From: an uncultured Candidatus Saccharibacteria bacterium
GTDB taxonomy: Bacteria; Patescibacteriota; Minisyncoccia; Phycocordibacterales; UBA918
Length of the DNA stretch: 64,000 bases
Direction: 5' to 3'
NCBI GenBank assembly: GCA_964350735.1
Contig: CAYGKO010000001.1
Span: 115,339 to 179,338, forward strand
The notes under the pieces were generated by a model that had not been told where the DNA came from, ran no database searches, and saw only the letters and a list, made by a program, of their open reading frames with translations. Of the stretch, positions 8,651 through 19,495 are shown piece by piece. Made by a program: the position numbers and the translations under genes. Within the stretch, counting starts at the first letter, position 1. Each line of letters opens with the position of its first letter.

Positions 8651-9382
8651 ATGCTCCCCCCTTCCCTAACCCACGCCATCTCAACCGCCACCGACGGCAA
8701 TATGGGCCTGCGTTTTGGTACTGAAGCAGAAGTCACTCTAAACAGAAAGACGTGGCTTACGAAGCAAAATATTGACCCCAACCAAGTCTGCTTAATGGAC
8801 GTTGCTCACGAAGCCGACATCTTCGATGTGACTAAAGAAAACTTTGAACCCAATATGCGACCCGTCTGTGACGTCCTCGTGATTCAAGAACCAAACCTTG
8901 CCCTGATGCTCCTCACTGCCGACTGCCTGCCGGTCACTATCTACGATCCGGTCACCACCACCATCGCCCTTGGTCACTTTAACCGGCACAATATTCCCTT
9001 TGAAATCGCTAAGAAGACTATCACTCATTTAGTAGAACACTACGGCAGCAACCCAGCGGACCTACTCATTCACATTGGTCCCTGCATCAGCGCAGATTCA
9101 TACCGCTTCCCCCTCCCACTTCAACAAGAACCCCCACCTGCCACAAAGCCGTACGTAAAAATTAAAGATAACCACGCTCATGTCGACGTCACCCGCGCGC
9201 ATGTCGATGCACTACTTGAAGTTGGCGTGCCAGAAAAACAAATCACCCTCCCCACCATCGACACTGCCACTCACCCCAACTACTACTCCCACTTCGCCAC
9301 CAAACAACTCGAAACCAAACCAGACGGCCGCTTTGCAACGGTCGTGCTACGAAAAATCCTACAGGATCAACACCCCATCTAA
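8651..9382 (+). CDS. YfiH/PgeF (laccase-domain, FAMIN-like) protein
   Basis: LTADCLPV, HIGPCI, YYSH, GRF motifs. Confidence 0.88.
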   Translation: MLPPSLTHAISTATDGNMGLRFGTEAEVTLNRKTWLTKQNIDPNQVCLMDVAHEADIFDVTKENFEPNMRPVCDVLVIQEPNLALMLLTADCLPVTIYDPVTTTIALGHFNRHNIPFEIAKKTITHLVEHYGSNPADLLIHIGPCISADSYRFPLPLQQEPPPATKPYVKIKDNHAHVDVTRAHVDALLEVGVPEKQITLPTIDTATHPNYYSHFATKQLETKPDGRFATVVLRKILQDQHPI

Positions 9383-9987
9383 ACCTCCACACACGGTGCA
9401 ATTCTTTCGATAGTGTGAATACCAAGTCGCTCAAGTTCTGCAGCGAAGGCCTCAGAAATGAAGAAGCCTTTGGCGACTACCTGACCAATATCCAGCCAAA
9501 CATGACGCCGCCCTACTCGGCTCTTCTTAACATGGAATTCCAATTCAGGAATCTGACTGTAATTGAAACAATATCGACCGTCTTCTAGAAAACTGTGTTC
9601 CACATGATTTCCCGAACCAAAGACAATGGCATCTACGGGTCCAACTAGATTCATAAAATAATATTCATCGATCACTGGGCCGGTCTTCGATTTACGCAGT
9701 GATACTGGATGGAAGATGGTTGGTGTAGGCTCCCATTTTTCAACTAGTGTCCGGAGCTCCTTTGACACGATAGGGATGCCGTCGCAGGCCATGGTTAAAT
9801 GTGAGAGTACTTTTCGTGGCTTACGAAGATAAAGCTCATTTGGCAGACATCCTAATTCTAAGGGAACCCCAGCTCGCGCGCTGTCAGAGTATTTCACAAT
9901 TTCTGCACTCGTACGTGAATCGTCGGGCATTCGTGAAAGAGGGACAGAACCTGATCCTGAGTATGCCCCACTAACAAACCAAGCCAT
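9379..9987 (-). CDS. Probable Imm11/DUF1629-like immunity protein
   Basis: IVSKELRTLVE..EP...FHPV...YYFMNL...DAI...FFISEAF pattern; recognised by eye. Confidence 0.6.
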   Translation of the reverse strand: MAWFVSGAYSGSGSVPLSRMPDDSRTSAEIVKYSDSARAGVPLELGCLPNELYLRKPRKVLSHLTMACDGIPIVSKELRTLVEKWEPTPTIFHPVSLRKSKTGPVIDEYYFMNLVGPVDAIVFGSGNHVEHSFLEDGRYCFNYSQIPELEFHVKKSRVGRRHVWLDIGQVVAKGFFISEAFAAELERLGIHTIERIAPCVEV

Positions 9988-10104
9988 GTTCCACCTGACT
10001 GATTACTACTGTTGATTGTGCTATTTTCATACTCTCAGTGTAATACAAACGTCTACATAATTTAATAAAAACTCTGTCTCGTTGTTGCAGCAATGATTAG
10101 GTGA

Positions 10105-10806
10105 TTACAATTTCAACAACCACCGCTCCAATCCTTCATTAATATCAACCACTCCCCCATGACCATCGTGATAGAGCGTAAGGAGGGAGAGTGAGAGTGA
10201 TTCTAGTTCGCCGTCTTTGAAGGTACTGAGTGCGCGTTTGGCTTTGTTGTAGGGGAAATCTTTCATACCAGCTTCACTGGCTGAACTGGTAAGTTTGGCG
10301 AGCCGGAGTGACTTGAGTTGCCACCATAGAATACCAATCAGTTCCTCAGCACTTTGCCCAGCTGCGACCGCCTCTTGGTAGATCAGCCAGAGGGATTTTT
10401 TATCTTTCTTGGCGAGTGCGTCAGCAATGGCGAAGCTGTTGAAACGCTCCCCGGCAGCTGCTTTATACTCGGTCATCTCAGCCGCGTGTTTGGCCCACTG
10501 CTTTTTAGCCGCTGCTAGTAGGGCCCCTTCGATCACCACGAACTGGGTACTCGAAGTCGCAAGCACTTCAAGGACATCTATACATTCAGTATTAAAATCA
10601 GCACTACTACTTGGAGTATCAATCAGATAGACTGTCTCTCCACCAAAGAGCGATGTCGCTCCCGCTGCATCGCGGAGCATGCCGGACTGCCAAGTGTCGC
10701 TGTCAATTAGTTCCACTGTCGCCCCCTTATCTTCGAGCGGCTCTACAAAAGTAAAAGCAGCTTGTCGAACTTTGATGGTGTCGTTGCCGTAAAAAACCTG
10801 TAACAT
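10105..10806 (-). CDS. holA: DNA polymerase III delta subunit (short HolA-like)
   Basis: VFYGND, SLFGG, FAIADAL, GILWWQLK, LERWLL. Confidence 0.8.
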   Translation of the reverse strand: MLQVFYGNDTIKVRQAAFTFVEPLEDKGATVELIDSDTWQSGMLRDAAGATSLFGGETVYLIDTPSSSADFNTECIDVLEVLATSSTQFVVIEGALLAAAKKQWAKHAAEMTEYKAAAGERFNSFAIADALAKKDKKSLWLIYQEAVAAGQSAEELIGILWWQLKSLRLAKLTSSASEAGMKDFPYNKAKRALSTFKDGELESLSLSLLTLYHDGHGGVVDINEGLERWLLKL

Positions 10807-10815
10807 ATCCTTATT

Positions 10816-11199
10816 ATGAACTATCTTGCCTATCTATTAAACCTACCGTGGTCACTACTTGGATTGTGTAACGCATTTTTTTCTATTCCGGTTAGGATTC
10901 AGATCAAAAAAAATGCTTTGGTTTTTCATTCTCAATGTTGTGGACTAGTCCATTTTTACGCTCCAAAAGCAAAAGGGGTTACCCTTGGAAATATAATAAT
11001 CGTAAAAAAATCTGCACCTCAAAATATTACTAATCATGAATTAATTCATATAGAACAAGCTATGCGTGAGCCTTTTTTGTTTCAAATATTATATATTGTT
11101 GAACTACTACGGAAAGGTTACTGGAAAAATAAATATGAGATTGAAGCCTATAATCGTTCAAACTCTTGGCCACCCACAAATGGCCCGCGCAACGATTAA
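10816..11199 (+). CDS. Hypothetical small zincin-like HExxH protein, AT-rich
   Basis: GVTLGN, HELIHIEQ, YWKNKYEIEAY. Confidence 0.7.
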   Translation: MNYLAYLLNLPWSLLGLCNAFFSIPVRIQIKKNALVFHSQCCGLVHFYAPKAKGVTLGNIIIVKKSAPQNITNHELIHIEQAMREPFLFQILYIVELLRKGYWKNKYEIEAYNRSNSWPPTNGPRND

Positions 11200-13583
11200 A
11201 GAGACTTGAGTTCTAACCAATTATCTCCCACTGACACATCTACCTTAATCGGCACGCCGTGGGTTTCTTTTCCTTCTAGTACTTCTTCCATCAGCTGCAC
11301 AATCTCCTTGATTGTTTTATCCAAAATCTTTTCATCAATCTCAAATACTAATTCGTCGTGTACTTGTAATAAAATCTTGGCTTGACCATTGGTTTTTTGT
11401 AGCGCTTCATGCACGCGGATCATGGCGATACGCATGATGTCAGCCGCGGTCCCCTGCACCGGGGCGTTGATTGCCATTCGCTCGGCGGCAGCGCGAATAA
11501 ACGGCGCACCGGAGCTGATCCCGGGGAAATGTCGACGACGACAAAAAAGCGTTTCAGTATAGCCGTGCTCGCGCGCGAAGGCTTTAGTCTCTTCGAGATA
11601 CTCAGCCAGCCTGGTGAAGGTATTGAAGTAAGCATTAAGGAATTCTTGCGCTTCTTCGCGTGTTGTCTCATCACCGAGATTTCCCCGTAAGGCATTTACA
11701 CCCATACCATAGAGGATGCCGAAATTAATCACTTTAGCGTGACGGCGCATATTCTTCGTCACTTCAGTCGCCGGCACATTAAAGACTTGAGCGGCTACTC
11801 CCTCGTGGACATCCGTCCCGCTTTTAAAAATCTCAATCATTTTTTTATCACCCGAGAGAATCGCTGCAATCCGCAATTCAATCTGTGAATAATCAATCGC
11901 TACCAACTTACTCCCTGGCACTGCCACAAATCCCTTACGCACCGCTCGTCCTTCTTCGGTGCGGATTGGGATATTCTGTAAGTTTGGACTTTGGCTCGCC
12001 ATTCGGCCCGTCGCCGCTCCAGTTTGGATGAACGTCGTTCGCAGCCGTCCATCAGCGCTCACCATCTCTGGAATGTTGTCGACGTACGTCGAGACTAACT
12101 TTTGTAATTCTCGATAACGTAAAATATCGGCAATGATGGGGTGATCGTCTTTCATTTTCTCCAGCTCGCTCTCACGGGTTGAGCGCTGACCGCCGGCGGT
12201 CTTCTTTTGGTTTTTTGGTTTGAGCTCTAAAGTATCAAATAAAATCTCGCCCATCTGCTTGGGGGAATTGATATTGAATTCTGTCCCAGCGTGCGTATAA
12301 ATACTTTTCTCTAGCTTAGTCAGTTCTTTGTGTAGTTGTTTTGAAAAGGTTTTGAAATAGTCGACATCAAGAATCACGCCGGTGGCATTAATGTCAGTCA
12401 AAACCGAGAGGAGTGGTTCTTCAATCTCAGTAAATAGTTCAGACAAACCTTGCTCTTTTACTAAAATCTCTAGCTGTTTAGTAATCTCAGTAAAATCAGT
12501 GGTATTGAAATACGACCGGCCGTAGTCGACAATATCATCGTACGATGCATTCGTGCGTTCACTCTCAACCAGCCATAACAACACTGCTGTGCGCGCCACC
12601 GCCTTGTCACTAACGCCACTCCCCACTTGGTCGACCGATACTTCTTCGGAGATATCGAGCACGTGCTTAATCCGCGTCGCTAAGGTACGGAAGCCAAGCT
12701 CACTAAAGAGTGAGAGAGTGGCTTCGCCGTCAGCGGCTTCCTTCCAACTTTGAGTCGGTAGCTCATAGATGATCGGGGCATCAAGTCGGATGGTCGCGAG
12801 CATCTTGGAGAACATCGCGTCCTCTTCGTGTTCACGCAGTAAATTAATAATCCGAGGCTTGATACCCACCGCTGCCAACTTCTCATCGCCATTTTTCTGC
12901 GCCAGGGTTTTGTAAAGCTTCTCTAATGTCCCAAAGTTCACAATTAAATCCGTTCCACCCTTCTCCCCAATCCCCGGCACCCCTGGGATATTGTCTGACG
13001 GATCACCGCGTAGACCTTTGTAGTCAGGAATGAGGGTCGGCCCAAAGCCAAACCGCTCTTTCACGGCTGCTTCGTCGTACATGACAGTATCTTTAATCCC
13101 CTTGCGGAGCGTATAAACCTGCACTCGTTTCTTATCAACACACTGCATCGTATCCATATCACCGGAAGCAATAATGATGGTCATGTCTTTATTATCCTTC
13201 AGTTGGTGTGCGATGGTACCGAGCATGTCGTCAGCTTCAAAACCAACGTGCTCATACAAGGGAATCCCTAATACTTTAAAAATATCCCGTGAGCGATCGA
13301 TCTGCTTCACCAGTGAGTCATCCGTCTTCTGTCGACCAGCTTTGTAGTCCTTGAAGGCTTCGTGGCGGTAGGTTGGCTCAGGCAAATCAAAACAAGCGGC
13401 GATGTAATCAGGCTTCAACTCTTCCACAATCGACAAAATCATCGCCACCACTCCATACAGCGCTCCGGTTGGTTCCCCGCTTGGTGAACTGAAGTCCGGC
13501 AAGGCGTGATAGGCTCGGTGCAAAATTGCGTGGGAGTCGAGTAGTACCAAGGTCTTCTTTTGGTCGTCAGTTTTTTTAGGCAT
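11196..13583 (-). CDS. polA: DNA polymerase I
   Basis: 5'-3' exonuclease (EADD, GDPSDNIPGVPG) and polymerase motifs DYSQIELR, AKVINFGILYG, QVHDEL. Confidence 0.97.
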   Translation of the reverse strand: MPKKTDDQKKTLVLLDSHAILHRAYHALPDFSSPSGEPTGALYGVVAMILSIVEELKPDYIAACFDLPEPTYRHEAFKDYKAGRQKTDDSLVKQIDRSRDIFKVLGIPLYEHVGFEADDMLGTIAHQLKDNKDMTIIIASGDMDTMQCVDKKRVQVYTLRKGIKDTVMYDEAAVKERFGFGPTLIPDYKGLRGDPSDNIPGVPGIGEKGGTDLIVNFGTLEKLYKTLAQKNGDEKLAAVGIKPRIINLLREHEEDAMFSKMLATIRLDAPIIYELPTQSWKEAADGEATLSLFSELGFRTLATRIKHVLDISEEVSVDQVGSGVSDKAVARTAVLLWLVESERTNASYDDIVDYGRSYFNTTDFTEITKQLEILVKEQGLSELFTEIEEPLLSVLTDINATGVILDVDYFKTFSKQLHKELTKLEKSIYTHAGTEFNINSPKQMGEILFDTLELKPKNQKKTAGGQRSTRESELEKMKDDHPIIADILRYRELQKLVSTYVDNIPEMVSADGRLRTTFIQTGAATGRMASQSPNLQNIPIRTEEGRAVRKGFVAVPGSKLVAIDYSQIELRIAAILSGDKKMIEIFKSGTDVHEGVAAQVFNVPATEVTKNMRRHAKVINFGILYGMGVNALRGNLGDETTREEAQEFLNAYFNTFTRLAEYLEETKAFAREHGYTETLFCRRRHFPGISSGAPFIRAAAERMAINAPVQGTAADIMRIAMIRVHEALQKTNGQAKILLQVHDELVFEIDEKILDKTIKEIVQLMEEVLEGKETHGVPIKVDVSVGDNWLELKSL

Positions 13584-14034
13584 TACGGAGCGTGATTAGA
13601 TGAGTTTCATTAGTAGTAGTCAGGTCAAGGTGAACTGTTGTTTTTGGTAGTAGAGCGTCTATTCTCTCCGCCCATTCAATTACTAGTATAGTCTCTGTTG
13701 AAGCCAGTAATTCACCAAAATGCATAACCCGCATCTCGTCAATATCTTCAATTCGATAGGCATCGATATGAATCAGCTGACTCAGTTGCTCGTCAGTCGT
13801 TTCATATCCTTTCATCACGACAAACGTTGGACTTACAACCATCTCTGTAACACCAAGTTGGCGAGCTAGTTCTTGCGTAAGTGTCGTCTTACCAGCACCA
13901 AGATCACCATGCAACGCCAAGACGGCGGCAGCGCCGCCGTCTTGGCGTTGCCGAACCAATGTTAAAATCTCACCCGCTACTTGTGGCACTTGTACGACTG
14001 AAGTCATTTCCCAACTTGTCATCTCTGTAGTCAT
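13576..14034 (-). CDS. tsaE: tRNA t6A biosynthesis ATPase TsaE
   Basis: LHGDLGAGKTT, SPTF, HIDAYR, IEWA. Confidence 0.93.
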   Translation of the reverse strand: MTTEMTSWEMTSVVQVPQVAGEILTLVRQRQDGGAAAVLALHGDLGAGKTTLTQELARQLGVTEMVVSPTFVVMKGYETTDEQLSQLIHIDAYRIEDIDEMRVMHFGELLASTETILVIEWAERIDALLPKTTVHLDLTTTNETHLITLRNA

Positions 14035-14070
14035 ATGAGCATTGTACACTGGTGGTACAATAAGGACTAT

Positions 14071-15795
14071 ATGGCGCAGTTCAACGATAAATTTACTGAT
14101 GATCGGATGGATGAAATCCGACGTAAGGAAGAAGAACACCTGATTCAACAGTTAGCTACTCAATACGGCTACCAGTTTGTTGACCTGCAAGGTGTCACGA
14201 TTGATCCGCGCGCACTTAACAAAATCACTGAAACTGAAGCTATAGCGGCTAATGCGGTAGCGTTTGAACTTAAAAATAAGTTCCTTTCGGTGGCCATTCG
14301 TAACCCCAATAACGAAGCGACTAAAGCCCTCCTACAAAAACTGACCAACGACGGCTGGCAAGTGCAAGCAGTCATGACCTCTACGGCCGGACTCGAACAC
14401 GCCTGGAAGCGCTATCATGATCAGAAAAATACTACAGCGGTGAAGCGGGGTGTTCTTGATATCAACCCAGATCAAATCGGCGCCCTGATGGCCAAATTCA
14501 CCACTAAAGAAAATGTTCAAAAACACATTCTAGAAATCCGAACTTTGAACTCAGCCCGACGAGTATCGGAAACTCTCGAATCAATGTTCGCTGGTGCGCT
14601 GGCTCTTGGTGCTTCTGATATCCATATCGAACCAGAAGAAAATGGTATCCGACTGCGGTATCGTCTTGACGGTGTATTACATGATGTGATGGACTTAGAG
14701 CGTAAGATCTACGAGCGACTCATGTCTCGCTTGAAACTTCTGGCTGGAGTAAAACTTAATGTAAAAGATGAAGCCCAAGACGGACGTTTTACCTTTGAAA
14801 TTGGTGAGCGAGTAGTTGAGGTGCGCGCCTCAATCATTCCTGGTGCCGCTGGTGAATCCATGGTGATGCGACTCCTAGATCCATCAGTTGCCAGCTTCAG
14901 CATGGACACGCTTGGCCTTTCACCGATCATGCAAGAAATTATGGCAGCCGAACTGAAGCGCCCGAACGGCATGATTATTACCACTGGTCCGACTGGCTCA
15001 GGTAAAACCACTGCCCTCTACGCCTACCTGCAAGCGGCCCATACTTCCGAAGTGAAGATCATCACCATTGAAGACCCGGTGGAGTATAAACTCGACGATA
15101 TTGTGCAAACCCAGGTTGGTGAAGACTACACGTTCGCCTCCGGTCTCCGGGCCGTCCTCCGACAAGACCCTGACATCATCATGGTGGGTGAGATCCGTGA
15201 CCGTGAAGTAGCTGAGACTGCTGTGCACGCCGCGCAAACTGGTCACTTAGTATTCTCAACCCTTCATACCAACAGCGCCGTTGGTGCTTTCCCTCGCTTG
15301 ATTGACCTCGGTGTCGACTACCGTATTCTGGGGAGCGCTGTGAATATCATCCTCGGTCAACGATTAGTTCGTGTCCTCTGTGCTGATTGTAAAAAAGCTC
15401 GAGCTGCTACACCTGAAGAAATAACTGTCATCAAAGAAGTGCTTGGCGGCCACCCAGCTCCTCCAACGATCGACGAAATACCTACTATCTACGACCCCGG
15501 CGGCTGTGAAATATGTAGCCAAACTGGCTTTAAAGGTCGGGTCGCTGTGATGGAAGCTATTAAAGTAGATACTGCCGTAGAAGAAGCAGTGATCCGTGAC
15601 CCGCGCGAGCATGTTATTACTGAAGCCGCACGCGGCCAAGGTATTCCCACTATGGCCGAAGACGGAATCGAAAAAGTTATCACTGGCATCACCTCACTCT
15701 CCGAACTTGAACGAGTGGTTGATCTGTCTCACGTGCGGGGCGCTGCTCCAAAATCCGAAGTTGATGACGGTGGATTTTCAGACCACGTTATTTGA
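14071..15795 (+). CDS. pilB: GspE/PilB type IV pilus assembly ATPase
   Basis: ASDIHIEP, TGPTGSGKTT, IEDPVE, LRQDPD, TGHLVFSTLHTN, tetracysteine motif. Confidence 0.9.
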   Translation: MAQFNDKFTDDRMDEIRRKEEEHLIQQLATQYGYQFVDLQGVTIDPRALNKITETEAIAANAVAFELKNKFLSVAIRNPNNEATKALLQKLTNDGWQVQAVMTSTAGLEHAWKRYHDQKNTTAVKRGVLDINPDQIGALMAKFTTKENVQKHILEIRTLNSARRVSETLESMFAGALALGASDIHIEPEENGIRLRYRLDGVLHDVMDLERKIYERLMSRLKLLAGVKLNVKDEAQDGRFTFEIGERVVEVRASIIPGAAGESMVMRLLDPSVASFSMDTLGLSPIMQEIMAAELKRPNGMIITTGPTGSGKTTALYAYLQAAHTSEVKIITIEDPVEYKLDDIVQTQVGEDYTFASGLRAVLRQDPDIIMVGEIRDREVAETAVHAAQTGHLVFSTLHTNSAVGAFPRLIDLGVDYRILGSAVNIILGQRLVRVLCADCKKARAATPEEITVIKEVLGGHPAPPTIDEIPTIYDPGGCEICSQTGFKGRVAVMEAIKVDTAVEEAVIRDPREHVITEAARGQGIPTMAEDGIEKVITGITSLSELERVVDLSHVRGAAPKSEVDDGGFSDHVI

Positions 15796-15800
15796 AAGAC

Positions 15801-16173
15801 AAAAAACCAGCCGAATGTATAATTTGATACATCCGGCTGGTTTTTTTAGTTGGGGTCAAGAGTGACTTCCAATATCTTATGTTATAGTCGGAAGGACTTC
15901 AGCCCTTTGGGAGAAAATCGAAATTTCGATCCAGCATATAATTCTCTAAGTAAGCTTTCGCATAGAAAGTGAATCTTGCACTAAGAGATACCCCAGTGCT
16001 CTCACTCAAAGGTGAGTACCACGGTACACTCGCAACAACACTCAGGTTACTTAGAGAATTATCGGCTTGATCAGACACCAAAAACGTCAGCTGGTCCCAG
16101 CTTTTAAAGCGATAATTTTATATTAAATTGTAATGAATAGGTGGGTGCTTTTCTTTGGCACCAGAACAACTTG
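15801..16173 (-). ncRNA. Candidate large structured ncRNA, family unassigned
   Basis: Promoter TTGACA-N16-TATTAT (16207-16180), perfect 16-bp stem 15938-15953/16047-16062, internal hairpins, terminator 15801-15847. Confidence 0.55.
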
Positions 16174-16247
16174 TGTAAGATAATAGCACAGCTCAAATAT
16201 TTGTCAACCCTTTCACACCCTTTTTATAATATTGGTATACTACTCTC

Positions 16248-17234
16248 ATGACAGATACACCAAATACCTTCACCCGCGATGGCGCTGGTAACCTTGACCA
16301 AACCCTCCGACCGCAGACGTGGGAAGAATACGTCGGCCAGGCGAAGACCAAGGAAAACCTCCGCATCCTTCTCACCGCCGCCCGCGAACGAGGTCACGCA
16401 GCTGAGCACGTCTTACTCTATGGTCCCCCGGGCCTTGGGAAGACCACCCTCGCTCACCTGATCTCAAAGACCTTGGGCACTAACATGAAGACCACCTCTG
16501 GCCCCGCGATCGAGCGGGTCGGTGACTTGGCCGCTATCCTCACCAACCTCTCCCCGGGAGATGTCCTCTTTATTGACGAGATCCACCGGCTCAGCAAAAG
16601 CATCGAGGAAGTCCTCTACCCAGCCATGGAGTCGGGGGTGCTCGACATCATCATTGGAAAAGGCCCATCGGCTCGCACCGTCCAGCTTGAACTCCCCCCT
16701 TTTACTTTAGTCGCTGCTACCACACGCATCTCCCTACTCTCGGCACCGCTGCGATCTCGATTCTCTGGCGGAACTTTCCGGCTCGAGTTTTATAGCGAAG
16801 GAGAAATTGCTCAAATTTTAAAACGCTCAGCCGAACTACTAGAGATGGAAATAGTGTCTGAGGTATTACATGATATTTCTACCCGTTGCCGAGCTACCCC
16901 CCGAACCGCCAACTATCTTTTGAAGCGGTGCCGCGATATGGCGCAACTCGAAAAAGGCTCACTCAACCGTGATGTGGTGAACCGTACCTTTGCACTCCTT
17001 GAAATCGACACCTTGGGACTCGGCTCTCCAGACCGCGCCGTGCTTGAAGCCATCATTGGTAAATTTAATGGTGGTCCGGTCGGACTCAACACCATCGCCG
17101 CTGCTACCGGAGAGGAGCAGTCCACCATCGAAGACGTCATCGAACCCTACCTCATCCGCCAAGGCCTCCTCGAACGCACCCCCCGCGGCCGCGTCGCGAG
17201 TGCAGATGCCTACAGTCACATTCAATCCATATGA
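16248..17234 (+). CDS. ruvB: Holliday junction helicase RuvB
   Basis: [36 protein letters not shown]. Confidence 0.97.
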   Translation: MTDTPNTFTRDGAGNLDQTLRPQTWEEYVGQAKTKENLRILLTAARERGHAAEHVLLYGPPGLGKTTLAHLISKTLGTNMKTTSGPAIERVGDLAAILTNLSPGDVLFIDEIHRLSKSIEEVLYPAMESGVLDIIIGKGPSARTVQLELPPFTLVAATTRISLLSAPLRSRFSGGTFRLEFYSEGEIAQILKRSAELLEMEIVSEVLHDISTRCRATPRTANYLLKRCRDMAQLEKGSLNRDVVNRTFALLEIDTLGLGSPDRAVLEAIIGKFNGGPVGLNTIAAATGEEQSTIEDVIEPYLIRQGLLERTPRGRVASADAYSHIQSI

Positions 17235-17602
17235 ATCAAGAGACCGGGCCACAACTGAAAACTCACGAACTTTTTGTAAAACAATGGATCCTTCCACATA
17301 TCGAAAGTGGTGCAAAAAAATACGAAGTTAGAATCGACGAACTTGATGCCGGAAAAGGCCGTCACCTCATTCAAGGAATCAATGTAGGTGACTTAATCAA
17401 ATTTAGGGACGGTTCAGAAAATACCGTAACTAAAGAAGTCGCTGCTATAACTAGACACTATAGTATGGAGGACTTTTTGGAAGAAGTAGACGAAAGTGAA
17501 GTCATGCCAGAAATGTCTCATGAAGAAATTTTAGAAAAATGGAATGAAATCACAGGTGGTAGAGAAAAAAATTTAGGTATAGTAGTATTTGAACTCAAAT
17601 AA
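17231..17602 (+). CDS. ASCH/PUA-like domain protein
   Basis: [31 protein letters not shown]. Confidence 0.75.
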   Translation: MNQETGPQLKTHELFVKQWILPHIESGAKKYEVRIDELDAGKGRHLIQGINVGDLIKFRDGSENTVTKEVAAITRHYSMEDFLEEVDESEVMPEMSHEEILEKWNEITGGREKNLGIVVFELK

Positions 17603-17608
17603 ACACAT

Positions 17609-18142
17609 ATGTCAGGACACAATAAATGGTCAAAGATCAAACACAAAAAAGCTGCCACCGATGCGGCGCGCAGTAAGGTATTTAGTAAGCATGCGGCGTA
17701 TATTGCGGTGGAGTCACGAAATGCAAATGGGGACGTGAACTCACCTGGGCTAGCGGCAGCGATCGAACGCGCGAAGAAAGACTCGATGCCGAAGGAGAAT
17801 ATTGAACGAGCGGTAGCGAAAGGTTCTGGTGCGGGTGGCGCTGCCTTGGAAGAAGTACTCTTTGAAGGCTATGGTCCTGGGGGCGTCGCGATCCTCATCT
17901 GTGCCGTGACTGACAACAACAACCGCACCGCTCCCGAAATCCGTCACATCTTCTCCAAAGCCGGCCTCGAGCTTGGTACCCCCGGCTCCGCCGCCTGGGC
18001 GTTTGAAAAGTCAGCTGACGGCTACGTCCCCACGACCCCTATGGAACTCGATGATGCAACTGGTGAAAAACTTGCCGAGTTTATCGAGAAGCTCGAAGAA
18101 AACGATGACATTACGGATGTCTACACTGCCGCGGATAATTAA
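17609..18142 (+). CDS. yebC: YebC/PmpR family protein (short form)
   Basis: MSGHNKWSKIKHKK, EGYGPGG, TDNNNRT. Confidence 0.93.
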   Translation: MSGHNKWSKIKHKKAATDAARSKVFSKHAAYIAVESRNANGDVNSPGLAAAIERAKKDSMPKENIERAVAKGSGAGGAALEEVLFEGYGPGGVAILICAVTDNNNRTAPEIRHIFSKAGLELGTPGSAAWAFEKSADGYVPTTPMELDDATGEKLAEFIEKLEENDDITDVYTAADN

Positions 18143-18237
18143 GATTCCGAATAAAGATAGAAAAACGCTACCTATCAAAATCATTTTGATTGATTATTTT
18201 TGCAATAGGTGTTTTTATACCTCCAGGAGGAACAAGT

Positions 18238-18558
18238 ATGAAAAACTACCTACGTTGCGCGGTAGCCAATCGTGCAAACCTATCTGGATTCATAATCCTT
18301 ATTATGGGACTTGGGGGGATTCTTTTTCAGGAAAACATTTTCTTTTACCTAATGGCTGCTGTCGGTTTCTTACTAATGCTGCTATGTAAGTTTGGGCTAG
18401 GGACCTTAAATATTTTTCAAAGGACCCTGGAAATACTCGAACATGAAAAAGAAATAGAGTCGCACTGGAAAGAATGGAGCACATGGACATATTGTAATAG
18501 AGCTGGTTTTAAACTAGCTCTAAAAGATTGGGAGAAAAAAACGACTCATGGTAAGTGA
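18238..18558 (+). CDS. Hypothetical two-TM protein inserted in the ruv operon
   Basis: AGGAGG SD before ATG 18238; AT-rich. Confidence 0.6.
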   Translation: MKNYLRCAVANRANLSGFIILIMGLGGILFQENIFFYLMAAVGFLLMLLCKFGLGTLNIFQRTLEILEHEKEIESHWKEWSTWTYCNRAGFKLALKDWEKKTTHGK

Positions 18559-18609
18559 AGCTTCTTGCATCATTTATGCGGGTCGTTTTACTTATGGTAC
18601 TCTCTAACT

Positions 18610-19080
18610 ATGAAAGTCTTAGCAGTAGACCCAGGATACGATCGGCTCGGAGTGGCCGTCATGGAACATGACGGCCAGAAGGAGATTTTGCATTACTCAG
18701 CTTGTATTGAAACCGACAAACAAGCTGAATTACCTGATCGCCTGCACACCCTCGGGGAAAAATTTGCCGACCTGCTTGAGACCCACAAGCCCGATTGCAT
18801 TGGGATAGAAACCCTCTTCTTTAATAAGAATGTGAAGACGGCGCTTGGTGTCGCTCACGCGCGTGGTATTTTGATCTACCTTGCTATAGCAGCTGGAGCT
18901 GAGGTGCGTGAGTTTGGTCCATCAGAAATAAAAGTCGCTGTTACTGGCTACGGCAAGAGCGACAAAAACGCGGTGATAGATATGGTGAAGCGCTTAGTAC
19001 CAAACGCCCCAGAAAAAGCCTTAGACGACGAGTACGACGCTATTGCTGTTGGCATTACCACCCTTGCGCACCACCGCTAG
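18610..19080 (+). CDS. ruvC: Holliday junction resolvase RuvC
   Basis: LAVDPG, IETLFF, HARG, VTGYG, DDEYDAIA. Confidence 0.95.
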   Translation: MKVLAVDPGYDRLGVAVMEHDGQKEILHYSACIETDKQAELPDRLHTLGEKFADLLETHKPDCIGIETLFFNKNVKTALGVAHARGILIYLAIAAGAEVREFGPSEIKVAVTGYGKSDKNAVIDMVKRLVPNAPEKALDDEYDAIAVGITTLAHHR

Positions 19081-19173
19081 ACCCTCTATAATCTCCCGGC
19101 AAGACTATAGTCTATTGCCAAACAAATCACACTTTGATACAAAGTAGCTATCTAATAATCAAGTTGTAACCGT

Positions 19174-19443
19174 ATGATCTTTTTTTCAGTATTTAAAAAT
19201 GATGACGAGGATGAAGTAGAAGAAGATGAAGATACTTCGATAGATGATTCTGCTCTAGAAGAGCTGACTGAAGACGAAGTAGATGATACTTCTGACACGG
19301 AAGGATTTGGCCAAATAGATGAAGAAGAGGTGAGTAAAAAAATCGCTAAGATTGAATCTGAAGATGAGGAAGATGAGGAGCCACTTGAAGAAGACGCGGA
19401 AGATGTTGACTTCGATACCTTCGATGATGTAGACGAGTTTTAA
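19174..19443 (+). CDS. Very acidic small protein
   Basis: About half of the residues are D/E; own promoter-like region and terminator. Confidence 0.75.
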   Translation: MIFFSVFKNDDEDEVEEDEDTSIDDSALEELTEDEVDDTSDTEGFGQIDEEEVSKKIAKIESEDEEDEEPLEEDAEDVDFDTFDDVDEF

Positions 19444-19495
19444 ACCAGAAACACAAAAGGCCGAAAGCGTACGCTTTCGGCCTTTTGTGTTTCGT

